Assembly: GCA_010015585.1 (NCBI GenBank)
Contig: ML975149.1
Reading direction: 5' to 3' (one strand)
DNA from: Eremomyces bilateralis CBS 781.70
Taxonomy: Eukaryota
Length of the DNA: 64,000 nucleotides
The notes below the pieces were generated by a model. That model made no database searches. It worked only from the letters and a program-made list of their open reading frames with translations, and was not told the origin of the DNA. A program made the position numbers and the translations under genes. Positions 51,195 through 61,131 of the stretch are shown one piece after another; positions within the stretch are counted from its first letter, which is position 1, and each line of letters opens with the position of its first letter.

Positions 51195-52073
51195 TCAAGG
51201 CCATAATACTTCCATATGCCACCGGCCTGATTGAGCCTGATAGATGTAATTATGCCTCCTCCCCTCGACCGGATCATTTAAATCCAGCTTCTCCACTTCG
51301 TCGGGCACGATCACCACGACTTGGAAGTTCTCTCGAGCAACTGCGTCGTCGAGGCCCTTGAGTTTGGTACCAAGCTGAAGGGTCTTATCGTCATAAGGCT
51401 TATCGGCCGGTGTTCCTGGTGGAGGTCTCTTGAACGTGCCTACGTTGTTTAGTACGGGATAGATCATCTCAAGCGCAAGTCCGGTGATAATCAATAAGTG
51501 GTCGCATAACAAGTCGAGCTTACCTCTCATGGTTGGGCTTAGGTTGCCAAAATGAGCCGTCAATTCTCTTGACCATGTCCACTCAGCTACTTGTTTCTCG
51601 TCTTTGGTGCCCATTCTCTGCTGCAATGCTTCTCTAGCCTTCGCCGCGCCTAGCCCGCCATCGTCGATGTCGTTTCCTACAATATACGCCCTCCCCTTCA
51701 CCCTCCACTGAAATCCCACTTCTTCCACCCACCACACCGCTTCCACCGGCCCCCCTCCTCCACTGACACCCTCGCCAGCCGGTGCCTCCCCAGACGCAAA
51801 GATCTCTCCATATTTCAGCATCCGTTTATCCGTCGTGAACGTGACGCAATCGCTCTCGAACGCGGCCGGGTTCTTCTCTGCATTATTGAGATCGTTCTCC
51901 GGCAACGCGCACCACATGCCACGGAAGACGCAGGTGCGTGCGCGTGGGAGCCACTCGGTCAATGAACCAGGCGGTGCGCGGTGGAGCGTCGAGAGGACAA
52001 AGGTTGGCATGGGCATCTTGGAGATGTGGGAGAGAAAGGCGTCGCGCCAGGGGGCGGAAGGTAAGAAGGACAT
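51195..52073 (-). CDS. Pyridoxamine 5'-phosphate oxidase-like FMN-binding protein (Alr4036/YGR017W-like)
   Basis: Motifs APWR..F, PRARTCVFRG, FTTDKRM.K, GGGPVEAVWW..QWRVKG, HFGNLSP.MRG|TF..PPPG and ARENF. In-frame 84-nt intron at 51523-51440. Confidence 0.88.
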   Translation of the reverse strand: MSFLPSAPWRDAFLSHISKMPMPTFVLSTLHRAPPGSLTEWLPRARTCVFRGMWCALPENDLNNAEKNPAAFESDCVTFTTDKRMLKYGEIFASGEAPAGEGVSGGGGPVEAVWWVEEVGFQWRVKGRAYIVGNDIDDGGLGAAKAREALQQRMGTKDEKQVAEWTWSRELTAHFGNLSPTMRGKLDLLCDHLLIITGLALEMIYPVLNNVGTFKRPPPGTPADKPYDDKTLQLGTKLKGLDDAVARENFQVVVIVPDEVEKLDLNDPVEGRRHNYIYQAQSGRWHMEVLWP

Positions 52074-53019
52074 TGTGCGAAAGTGTCGGGCTGGTGGAGC
52101 GGGAGGGAGGAGGTGATGGCGGAGAGCTGCGACGCGTGCGAGCGCCTCAGTTGGGGGGCGCGATGGTGGAATTGTGAAGGATCTCGACCAGTGTCAGGGT
52201 GTTAGAGAAATGCTTTCGTCCTGCGGAACTAGAGGATGGAGATTATGACCAGCGAACCTTAGCGGCAGTCTCAAACTCTTAATGCAAACTGCTATAACGC
52301 TCGTATCACATTTCACAGGCGTATGGATGATGCATTCAGCATTGTTCAACTCCTGCCTCCTCGACCAAATGGATAATGGAAAAGACTGGCGGACTGTAGA
52401 TGCCACATCCGCATCGAACATGAAGCCTGCCACTTGATCCTGGCACGCCTGATTCCTGCTTGAACAGCATTATCACTCCATGTCGCTCGAAGGATCATAT
52501 TAATACGGGCAATACCAAGGAGCAATTAAAGCGCCCTGTCATTCCTCCGCCACAGCAGGCAGCAGGCAGCAGTCAGATAAACCAACATGGCTCGTGAATC
52601 TCGATCCCATCGCGGAGCTTTGCAAATGATTGCCATCGTCTCCTAACATGTCCCATGAGCGACTCACCTGCAATTGAATATTTTCATGTTGATAACATCA
52701 CTTTTATCAATGAGATTGGCCTTTTGGTCCGCGCTGATTGTTTGGGGGATCCGGCCGATATATGGTCTGCCCGGTCAGCATGTGTTGAAGCAGAGTGAAG
52801 AGGAGGATGTTAGGAAAGCCGTAAGCCTGTGGGAGTCTCCTTTCTGAACTCTGCAATATCCCGCCTTTGCGTGCATTGATGTCGAAAGTGTCGTGGTCGA
52901 GTTGGTTTTGAATTCCATTTTGATCCCTAGCTTCCATCCCAGTCTTCCGAGCGTCCCTATTCTCTAGCCGCCTATGCCAGTATGCCCCAGTTGTCTTTCA
53001 CTGATACCTAGCTCATTAG

Positions 53020-54414
53020 TGCCACTCCCTCGCCCTTGGAATTGGCCGCGACTCCGTCTTCTTCCAAAATGACCAGCAGTACAAGTACCAACAAAGAGAT
53101 TATTGGTACCAGCAACAACGGAACCTGCACCCGAAATGTCGCGTCCTTCCGAGGACAACCGAAGAAGTTCGGAAAGCGATATCTGCGGTTACAGAGTATT
53201 CTGCTCCGTTCGCCGTCAGCAGTGGAAAGCTAGGTAATGCTCAGAGCGTGTCCAATGTGGACAGAGGGATCACAATCGATCTTGGCCGGTTGGAGAGTAT
53301 CGAGCTCGCCGACGATGGCAAGTCGGTGACGCTTGGCCCTGGAGCAAGGTGGATAGATGTTTATCGTCACCTGGAGCACTTCCGACTCGGCGTTAATGGC
53401 GCTCGGGATGGTTTCGTGGGAGTTGGAGGATATGTTCTCGGAGGCGGTCTCTCGTGGTATGCAAGCTATTCTGGATGGACCTGTGACACCGTCATTGAGT
53501 TCGAGGTGGTTCTCGCGAACGGGCTCATCGTCACCGCCGACGCCTCTCACTATAGCGATCTCTTCTGGGCTTTAAAAGGAGGTGGAAACAACTTCGGTAT
53601 TGTCACCAAAATCACGCTTCCCACCTTCGGACTGTGCAGCGTATTCGGTGGTTACATGCTCTTCGACCAGGAGCTTATGGAAGTCGACGACCTGCTTTAC
53701 AATTTCCGCAGGTTCAATAACGAGACGCTTCCGAATACTCGTGTGGGCGGGTTCCTTCAATTCGCCACAATATTCGGAGGCGGTACGTCGGAAGAAGGCG
53801 TGGCATTCGCCTATGTGGACGCCGAAGATGGGACGGCCGACGTGGCGAACCGGTATTTCCATGAGCCGGTCCTTCAGAATCGCACCCACATCACTTCGCT
53901 CTCCGAGATGTCCCGTTTCATAAGCGAGATCGTGTACCGTCCTCTCCACAAAGTCCGGTTCACATTGACACTCCTCAACGACGAAGTCCTCTTGACGATT
54001 TACAATATCTTCTCCCGCTGGAGCAGACGCCTCAAGAAGGAAGAAACCCTACAAATCCTTGCCATGGGGTTACACCCACTCACGGAATCTCATCTCTCGC
54101 ATGGTAACAATCCTCTCGGACTCCGGGCCCAGGACAGCCCACTCGTCATGATCGATGTCGAGCTCCACTGGCTCCAGTCGGGATTGGACCGATATTACGA
54201 GAATCTCGGGTGGCTGATATATCTCGAGATGCGATACGCTGCGAAGACACGAGGATCATTTCATCCATTTGTGAATATGAACTATGCAGCGAAGTGGCAG
54301 GACCCAGTCAAGAGCTATGGAGAGGAAAATATCCAGCGCATGATGTCGATCAGAGAAGCGTACGATCCGACCAGGGTGTTTACGAGGTTCCTGAAGGGTG
54401 GGTTCAAAGTGTAA
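53020..54414 (+). CDS. FAD-binding (PCMH-type, 6-HDNO/BBE-like) oxidoreductase; 5' exon unresolved
   Basis: The frame is open from the acceptor at 53020 (YW..Q..LHPKCRVLP..EEV..PFAVSSG). Motifs TIDL, LGPGARW.DVY, VGVGGYVLGGG, FEVVLANG, DLFWALKGGGNNFGIVT, MNYA and YDP..VF..GGFK. Confidence 0.85.
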   Translation, partial: CHSLALGIGRDSVFFQNDQQYKYQQRDYWYQQQRNLHPKCRVLPRTTEEVRKAISAVTEYSAPFAVSSGKLGNAQSVSNVDRGITIDLGRLESIELADDGKSVTLGPGARWIDVYRHLEHFRLGVNGARDGFVGVGGYVLGGGLSWYASYSGWTCDTVIEFEVVLANGLIVTADASHYSDLFWALKGGGNNFGIVTKITLPTFGLCSVFGGYMLFDQELMEVDDLLYNFRRFNNETLPNTRVGGFLQFATIFGGGTSEEGVAFAYVDAEDGTADVANRYFHEPVLQNRTHITSLSEMSRFISEIVYRPLHKVRFTLTLLNDEVLLTIYNIFSRWSRRLKKEETLQILAMGLHPLTESHLSHGNNPLGLRAQDSPLVMIDVELHWLQSGLDRYYENLGWLIYLEMRYAAKTRGSFHPFVNMNYAAKWQDPVKSYGEENIQRMMSIREAYDPTRVFTRFLKGGFKV

Positions 54415-56482
54415 CGGTTCAAATGCGGAGTCAGATCTCTGCCACAGGCGGTCGGTATTAATAACAATCGTCGATTCTAAATTTCTAATAGGGGTGCTTG
54501 TTGTCTTACTAATTGACATAGAATTCAGTACCAACGGCGGACATTACGTGTCCCTCAGCTTATTTATGTATTTGCCGCAGGCCCACGGCTTTGCACTTTG
54601 GTGACCTTTCGTTATCTATGCGTACTAGACTGCTCAGTGCTAACTGCTAGCTGCCTGTCTCTCAAACAACTCGATCGATCGTGCTTAATCTTGAGGATCT
54701 CATAATACACCATGATAACTGGGGCCAAACTCTCATCTGTCTCAGCTATTATTGGCTCTCTTCATCTGTTGGTACTTGGTATGAAATCCCCCTTTCGACG
54801 ATTTTGGACCGCTCTTTCCATGCCTTACCTCTTCACCTGCGCTGTAAAGTTCTTCCCGAGCTCGCCGATTCGATTTACATGTATTCCGTGCCTATGGTGG
54901 GGTCAACTGTGATATGATGATATCACATCACATACTCCGTAGCCGCTATCGATTCAATAGCTCTCCATGTCTTCATCTCCCTCTAAAACGTGCATGACTG
55001 GCGTATTAGGCATCCCCATTCCATTTGTTGTCCACTCCAGCCTCCACCCTCCTCCACCCTCCGGGCTCATTGCCGTATTAGACACTACAGCGCATGCAGG
55101 CAGACTCCAGCCTGCCCACCATGCATGCACTCATGTTGATCACGCCAGGTGAGATTTTAATACTCTCCGCGCAGGCACGCATACAGGCGAAGAGGGAGTC
55201 ACCCCGCCCGCCCGAGTGTTTTGAGGAGATGAAGCAGTTCCGGCCTGTAGCCTCAAACCGTCACTGACCCTTATTACTTGAGATCTAATTCGGTAGGTCG
55301 CCTTGAAAGGTTAGCCCGGCGCATGGCTATGGAGTAGGTAGGTAGGCTAATCAACTACTTACTCCTTGCGGAAAATGGACCGGAAAATTGGAACAGCTTC
55401 ATCTGCTCCGGATTCTCCTAGAGTCAGTACTGGAAGCCAAGAATCGTGCCCGGATTCTTCTCAAGCAGATATCCACAGTAATACCCAATACCGTGATGCT
55501 GGGTGATTAGGCGAGTCCTTTGACTGATCGACTCGCTCATTGCCGACGAACGATTAACGCCTCGAGTCACGGGTTGGTGGAGTACCTACCGTTTTCCGCG
55601 CTGAGTAGTTACTAATTACTAATTCCCCATCCGGATGCTGGAAGTACCGACCATGTATTCCGCTCGTTCACAGGTGGCTGCCTGGAGGAAGCGAATCCAT
55701 GAATACATCTTGATTTGATATGAATTATGAGGACAGGCGTAAGTAGTGGCTCAGCCGCTCAGCCCATGGTCAGTGCAGTGATGCCGAAGGATCAACCGAT
55801 CAAGGAGCAGAGCCGAAGGCGGTTGGAAAAAACGCCACATTCATCGCAGGGCTGAAACGTGGTCCAATTGGGGAGATTCCACAGCTCATCGCAATTTCAA
55901 TGCTTGCAAGCGTTCAAGGGACTAAAGCTTGGTTCAAAATCGTCAGCAGCCTGGTGTGATACCCGCCGGACACGTTTGAGAGGATGACAATGCCCGTTTT
56001 GGTTCGAGATATGTATTAGGTATATGATAGTACGATTTGAGGAACTGTGTTGAACTTCTCAAGGAAGTGTACCCCAGATTCTCTGCAGTAAAATATGTAC
56101 TAGATGTAGAAAGCTCATGGGAAGAACGTCGGGAATACACATTATGAATCAATATCCCCGTTTAGAACGCCATTCCATATTCCAGGACACGCTCAGCAAA
56201 TATAATAACCAGAACTCCATAGCCATTCACCCCAGCCTCAACGCTAGACTGTGTCGCTAAACGCCATCGTGCATGCTCATCAAATCGTAAGGTCTAGTTC
56301 GGTATCGTACGGAAGAAATCGATCGCGGGCGTCTAGCGCAGGTAGGCGCGGTCAGGTGATTCTCGCCCGGAGTCTAAGGTGGAAGATTGAATGGATTCAT
56401 TGGATTGTTCGAATCGTTCAGTTGGCCAGCTGGCATGATAATCCCGTGCACAACGGCGGGGCGGAGGAGGCCGATCGGCCAG

Positions 56483-56812
56483 TCATTTCCACGGGCGGAA
56501 TCCGAGCTGGCTCAGGATGTTCCGGGGTTTCTTCCAGACATCCTGCTGCTTTCCTGAGTCGGCAGGACGGTTAAGGCTTGAGAAGTTTGAGGCCGCCTTG
56601 ACTGCCTCGAGGGAGAGCATCGGAGGCTCGGGTTTAAACTTGTACTCGAACGACTCTGTGGACTGGATATGTGCATTAGTTACAAGGGACCAGGGTGAGG
56701 AGCGGACAGTTCTGCTCACGCTTGAATCCGTATCATCCGAGTCTTCAAGAATGATCTTGGGGATTGAATGCTGTGGATTGAACTCTTTGAACTTCGCCAT
56801 GGATGAATACAT
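56483..56812 (-). CDS. Possible small hypothetical gene or remnant
   Basis: ORF with IPKIILED and an intron-like GTGAGC..ACTAAT..CAG segment. No family recognised; boundaries uncertain. Confidence 0.3.
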   Translation of the reverse strand: MYSSMAKFKEFNPQHSIPKIILEDSDDTDSSVSRTVRSSPWSLVTNAHIQSTESFEYKFKPEPPMLSLEAVKAASNFSSLNRPADSGKQQDVWKKPRNILSQLGFRPWK

Positions 56813-56899
56813 TGGAGCAACGGCCGTGATAGGAAGAGTCGATAGCAAGTCGAAGGCCTAGGATCCAGAGCTGTGACAAAAATCCAGTGTACCGCACCT

Positions 56900-56991
56900 G
56901 GGCAAGACTCCTCAGGAGTTGAATCTCTTGAAAGGGCAAGACTCCTCAGGAGTTGAATCTCTTGAAAGGGCAAGACTCCTCAAGAGTTGAA
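56900..56991. repeat. 34-bp tandem repeat, about 2.7 copies
   Basis: GGGCAAGACTCCTCAGGAGTTGAATCTCTTGAAA is exact at 56900-56933 and 56934-56967, with a partial third copy from 56968. Confidence 0.95.
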
Positions 56992-59020
56992 AGGCGGAAG
57001 CTGGCGATGGAGACGGCCAGGGCCACACAGCGGGTGGGATGAGATAAGCATATATCTCTTATCGACCACCAAGATTTCCTCGCTCTTTCCAAATTTTAAT
57101 TTCCACCGATCGGTCAGGCAGGGCTCGGGCGCTTTAAGCTGCTTCATCTTGTTCTTGTTGACCGGCGAGCCGTGTCCATCGCTCGTAATCTTACTCCCAA
57201 TTCTGAAAGTCTCCGCTGGTCGCTGCCTATCAGCTTATCGAAGAGTGGGGACTCCCAGACCTTTTGCCTGGGCATGCGATGAATCTGTGACTTTCGAGAA
57301 CGTTGCTAAGAATAACCAATCTGGTGTCACAGCCGAGGGGGCGTCGAGCAGTCTAAGCACCCGCTTGCGGCCGTGAATCAGTGATGTGCTTCCGCCATGT
57401 CACGTCGCCTCCACTGCCTGATTGGGTTGAAGTGATTAGCGAGCAAAGCTTGACCGTTTTGGGAATAGGGGCCCCCTAATACGGAGTCTTCAGCCGCACC
57501 AAAGTGCACCACATTGAGGGAAAAATCAATGGCTAGCAAGGGATCCTAGAGAAGAGCCTCACTTATCGTACAACATCGGTGGAATCTTGCTAGGAAGCGA
57601 AACGGCAAGGCTGAAGGGGTCCAGTTTCAAGGGCCGACGCCCTATGGAGTAATCCAACCCCCATCGGCCCATCCTGTTAACCGAAAACACTGGTGAGTTT
57701 AGAATTACCCATGTACTTAGCCCAGACACGTCTGGCAAGTCAGATGTCTGAACTCTGAAGGACTTCAATTGACACTGCATGAGTGTTGTGTAGAATTGTG
57801 AGTCAATATCGTGAGCCGCCCGACCAAGACCGAGACACGGCATTCACGGCATTATTCATGGCCGGAGCGGCCGGTAGAAATGAGAATCCGTCGGAACAGG
57901 GCTCTGGGCTCTGGTTAGTCTGGTACGTAACTCCCTTATTGGGAATTGGTGTTGTAGTAACAGAATTGTACTAATATTGCAGTGGCGCCATAAAAGCCCC
58001 GTAGCTACCGTAGCTATCGGCTCTAGGCCTCTAACAGGAGTCTGGTCCAACCGATCAACAGTATTTGATGAAGCACGACAGTGACGAAGGAAAACCGATC
58101 AAGAAAGGCTACCGAATTAGCTGGAGGTGGTACCAATCTATTACCAATAATCAGGTGGTGACTTCACCTCACAACTTCAACTTTCGACCTCACGTCTGTT
58201 CAACACTTGTCACTCACTCCAGATGTAACTGCCACTAGCATCTGCCAGCACATCAATGGAGATAATGACACAGCTGAGGTTGGTGTATCTTCACCGACAG
58301 ATGACAAAACTGGCAAAACTGTAGCAATTCGATAGTCGCTATGACGGAATATACGGTAGACCAAGGCTGATGGTAGGGCGCATTTATAGTTTATACATGA
58401 TACAAATTTCTGCCAGTAGAAGTGACGGGTCGAGAGACCAGTGTTCCTTCACCATGCAGATCTTTCGTGTAGTCCTACAGCCTTATGCTTGAGCTTGCAA
58501 ATTCTTCCTGCTTACTCGACCGGTCTGCGGAGCCTAGGATTCATCACTTGAGGTTTAAGTAGTTAGAGTCAAACTGTCAGCACTTGTAAGGTGGAGGTGA
58601 CTCCATAATAGCTGAGTCCATACTCCATACGGACTACGGTACGTATGCACTGCACATTAGCGGCATTGTGCCATCGTCCAATTTCCCAAATGCAGGTGCA
58701 GGTGCCTTCTGCGCCTTCGATTTCTGCTCATCCCTTGACTTCCGCCAAGTTAAAACCCCCATCGTCCCAATCGATGTCGCGATGGAGAGAAGAAGGGACC
58801 GATTGCTGACGCTCTTCTCGGAATTTCGGTCCTCCGATGTTGACGCGAAGTCTCTGTTGGCCTGCTCAGCCCTTCAACCAGTCGTCAAGAAATTAGCTGT
58901 CTTGGCCCTTGAAACAAGCCTCCATATCCACGTCGACTGTGCCGTACGGTACATGTATCCAGTTCTCCCTGCACATCATGAGCATCTGCCCATATCCGCC
59001 CAGCAGGTAATGGAAACCTG

Positions 59021-59529
59021 CCCTGCAGCCTTTCATCGCGGGAACGATCATAGCCTTCATGAACAAGGCTGCGATGGCAGTCTCCCGACCGTTGTGCTGC
59101 CGGAGTTCGATGTTGATGGGCTGCCAGTGGATACTCGATCCCCGACATCAGATTCGAGGTCTTTCCGCGAACATCCATCGTCTATAGATCCGGTATTGAC
59201 CACTCTTACAGTGCCGCGATGTTTCGATGGCTTTCCCCCTTCAGGAGTTCATCGGTCGAGCACTATGACAACCGGCCCTGCAGCCTTTCATTGCTAGAAC
59301 GATCATGGCCTTTATGAGCACGTCTGCGATATTAGTCTCGCGACTCTTGTGCTTCCTCTTGTGCTGCCGGAGTTAGAGACCTGGTGGGTTTCCAGTCAAT
59401 GCTCGATGCCAGCTCGAGGTCCTTCCACGAAGGTCTATCGTCCAAAGATCAGGTATTGACCAACTCTTACAGTGCTGCTATGTTTCGATGGATTTCCCTT
59501 CCTGGGATTTCAACGGTCGAGCCCTAGGA
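59021..59529. repeat. Diverged tandem duplication of about 250 bp
   Basis: Copies 59021-59268 and 59276-59529 share collinear blocks CCCTGCAGCCTTTCAT, GAACGATCAT, TTGTGCTGCCGGAGTT, GGTATTGACCA, ACTCTTACAGTGC, ATGTTTCGATGG and CGGTCGAGC. Confidence 0.9.
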
Positions 59530-60039
59530 AATTTCATGTGCTCATAGCACAATCAGGTTAAATGAAGTGTGCAAGAGCTCGGGTTGGCCAGCACCTTCGT
59601 GGAAATTTCCATGTAGTAGAGCCCTTGGTCTCCGGCTGGTTCATTATGTTCATGTGACAAATTCCCATCATAACTGGAATGGAAAACGGGTGGATATGGC
59701 GCGCGTGTCGCGTCCTCGTAGCCTCGAAAGATTTGAGAATGAAGCTCAGGAGACCCATCTGTTGCGCATTCACTGTTCATATCCATTCACCTCTAGCATG
59801 AATATCCATTATCTTCTCGCTGCTTTATCCGTCTCCCACGCTCTTTTTGGATTTTTTCTTTCTTCAACTGCCACTCGCTTCAAATTAAGTGCGCTCTCTC
59901 AGTACAACCTTTCAATCGCTTCGATAATAATTCCCGTTAGGTCTCAAGATTTGAGTCTTTCTATCATTCCCTTCTAGCCTCCGTCTTCGAATCCTTTTAC
60001 GACAATCTCAAGATAGTTTTCAGAACATTCGCTAGGAAC

Positions 60040-61131
60040 ATGGCTATTGCTAGAGCTTCCCTTCTCGTGGTGGCCGCGACCACTTTGGTCTGTGGTGTGC
60101 CAACTGCCGATCTCAATGCGTGTCGAATCCTAGATCATGCTCTCATGGACTATAACGCGGTCCACACAGCTGGGTCTCTCACCGTTCTCCGGCCGACCCA
60201 GAGCGTTCCGTCGAATCCTAGCCCTCCTGTCCTCGCTCCCGTGCCGGCACAACCTGAGACCGAATCCATGTCGGTGAGCAAGGCCGCTCTTCCGCTTAAG
60301 CTTCCGCCGAGTGGCCGCCCATCGGTTCCCGAGGTTCCACCAAGCGGTGGGAAGCGAGGCATTGCCTACAATGTCCCTGCATACACTTTCATGTTCAACT
60401 GTCCTAAGATCGGTTGGGCATACAATTGGGGCTCGTCGCGCAGTACGGGACCTATCTCTGATCAATTCATGTTTGTCCCCATGCTGTGGAGCGACCACTC
60501 AGAGTTGACCAATTCCTGGAATAACAATGTCGAATTGGCCATGAAGACAGGCTCGGACGCAGCCATGGCGTTCAACGAACCCGACGGATGCATTGATGGA
60601 GGATCCTGTATGCCCGCACCCGGCGAGACCGCGTGGCTTTACAAGGTCGGTTCCGTCCATCTTGGTCAGATCGAACTCAGCAAGCTGACATGGCAGACGC
60701 TCGTGGCCCCTTTTGCAGGGCGAATCCGCCTGGGCTCCCCTTCGGTTACGAACGGCGACCAAGCGCACAAAGGTATCAACTGGTTCCGGCAATTCATGCG
60801 CGCCTGCAATGCAATCGGATGTCCCATCGACTTCGTCCAGGTGCACTGGTTCGGCTGGTGCAACGATCTCGGAGGCTTCAAGCGCCACGTGTGGGAGATG
60901 TTCGAGGCCGGTGGACGACGACCAGTGTGGGTGACGGAATACAGCTGCAACTTGGGCGACATGACACCCGACCTCCCCGAGCGCGTGGAGTTCTTGACGC
61001 AGTCGCTGGAATGGCTGGATTCGCAGGACTGGATCGAGAAGTATGCGTACTTCATGGCGCGAGAGGGGGACGGCATGATCAATTCCGCGGGGACGGGACT
61101 GAGCAAGCTTGGGATGATATATAACTCCTGA
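60040..61131 (+). CDS. GH128 (Asl1-like) secreted beta-1,3-glucanase
   Basis: Signal peptide, P-rich linker, GKRGIAY, WAYNWG, FVPMLW, catalytic FNEPD and VWVTE, HWF, YAYF. Probable in-frame intron at 60646-60696. Confidence 0.92.
   Translation: MAIARASLLVVAATTLVCGVPTADLNACRILDHALMDYNAVHTAGSLTVLRPTQSVPSNPSPPVLAPVPAQPETESMSVSKAALPLKLPPSGRPSVPEVPPSGGKRGIAYNVPAYTFMFNCPKIGWAYNWGSSRSTGPISDQFMFVPMLWSDHSELTNSWNNNVELAMKTGSDAAMAFNEPDGCIDGGSCMPAPGETAWLYKVGSVHLGQIELSKLTWQTLVAPFAGRIRLGSPSVTNGDQAHKGINWFRQFMRACNAIGCPIDFVQVHWFGWCNDLGGFKRHVWEMFEAGGRRPVWVTEYSCNLGDMTPDLPERVEFLTQSLEWLDSQDWIEKYAYFMAREGDGMINSAGTGLSKLGMIYNS

Noticed and set aside
41612..54414. MFS + MATE + FAD oxidase + FMN-binding protein as a secondary-metabolite cluster
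   Set aside because: No backbone synthase or cluster-type regulator, and the genes are interspersed with housekeeping MED8.
56900..56991. CRISPR-like repeats
   Set aside because: Head-to-tail with no spacers, eukaryotic context, no cas genes.
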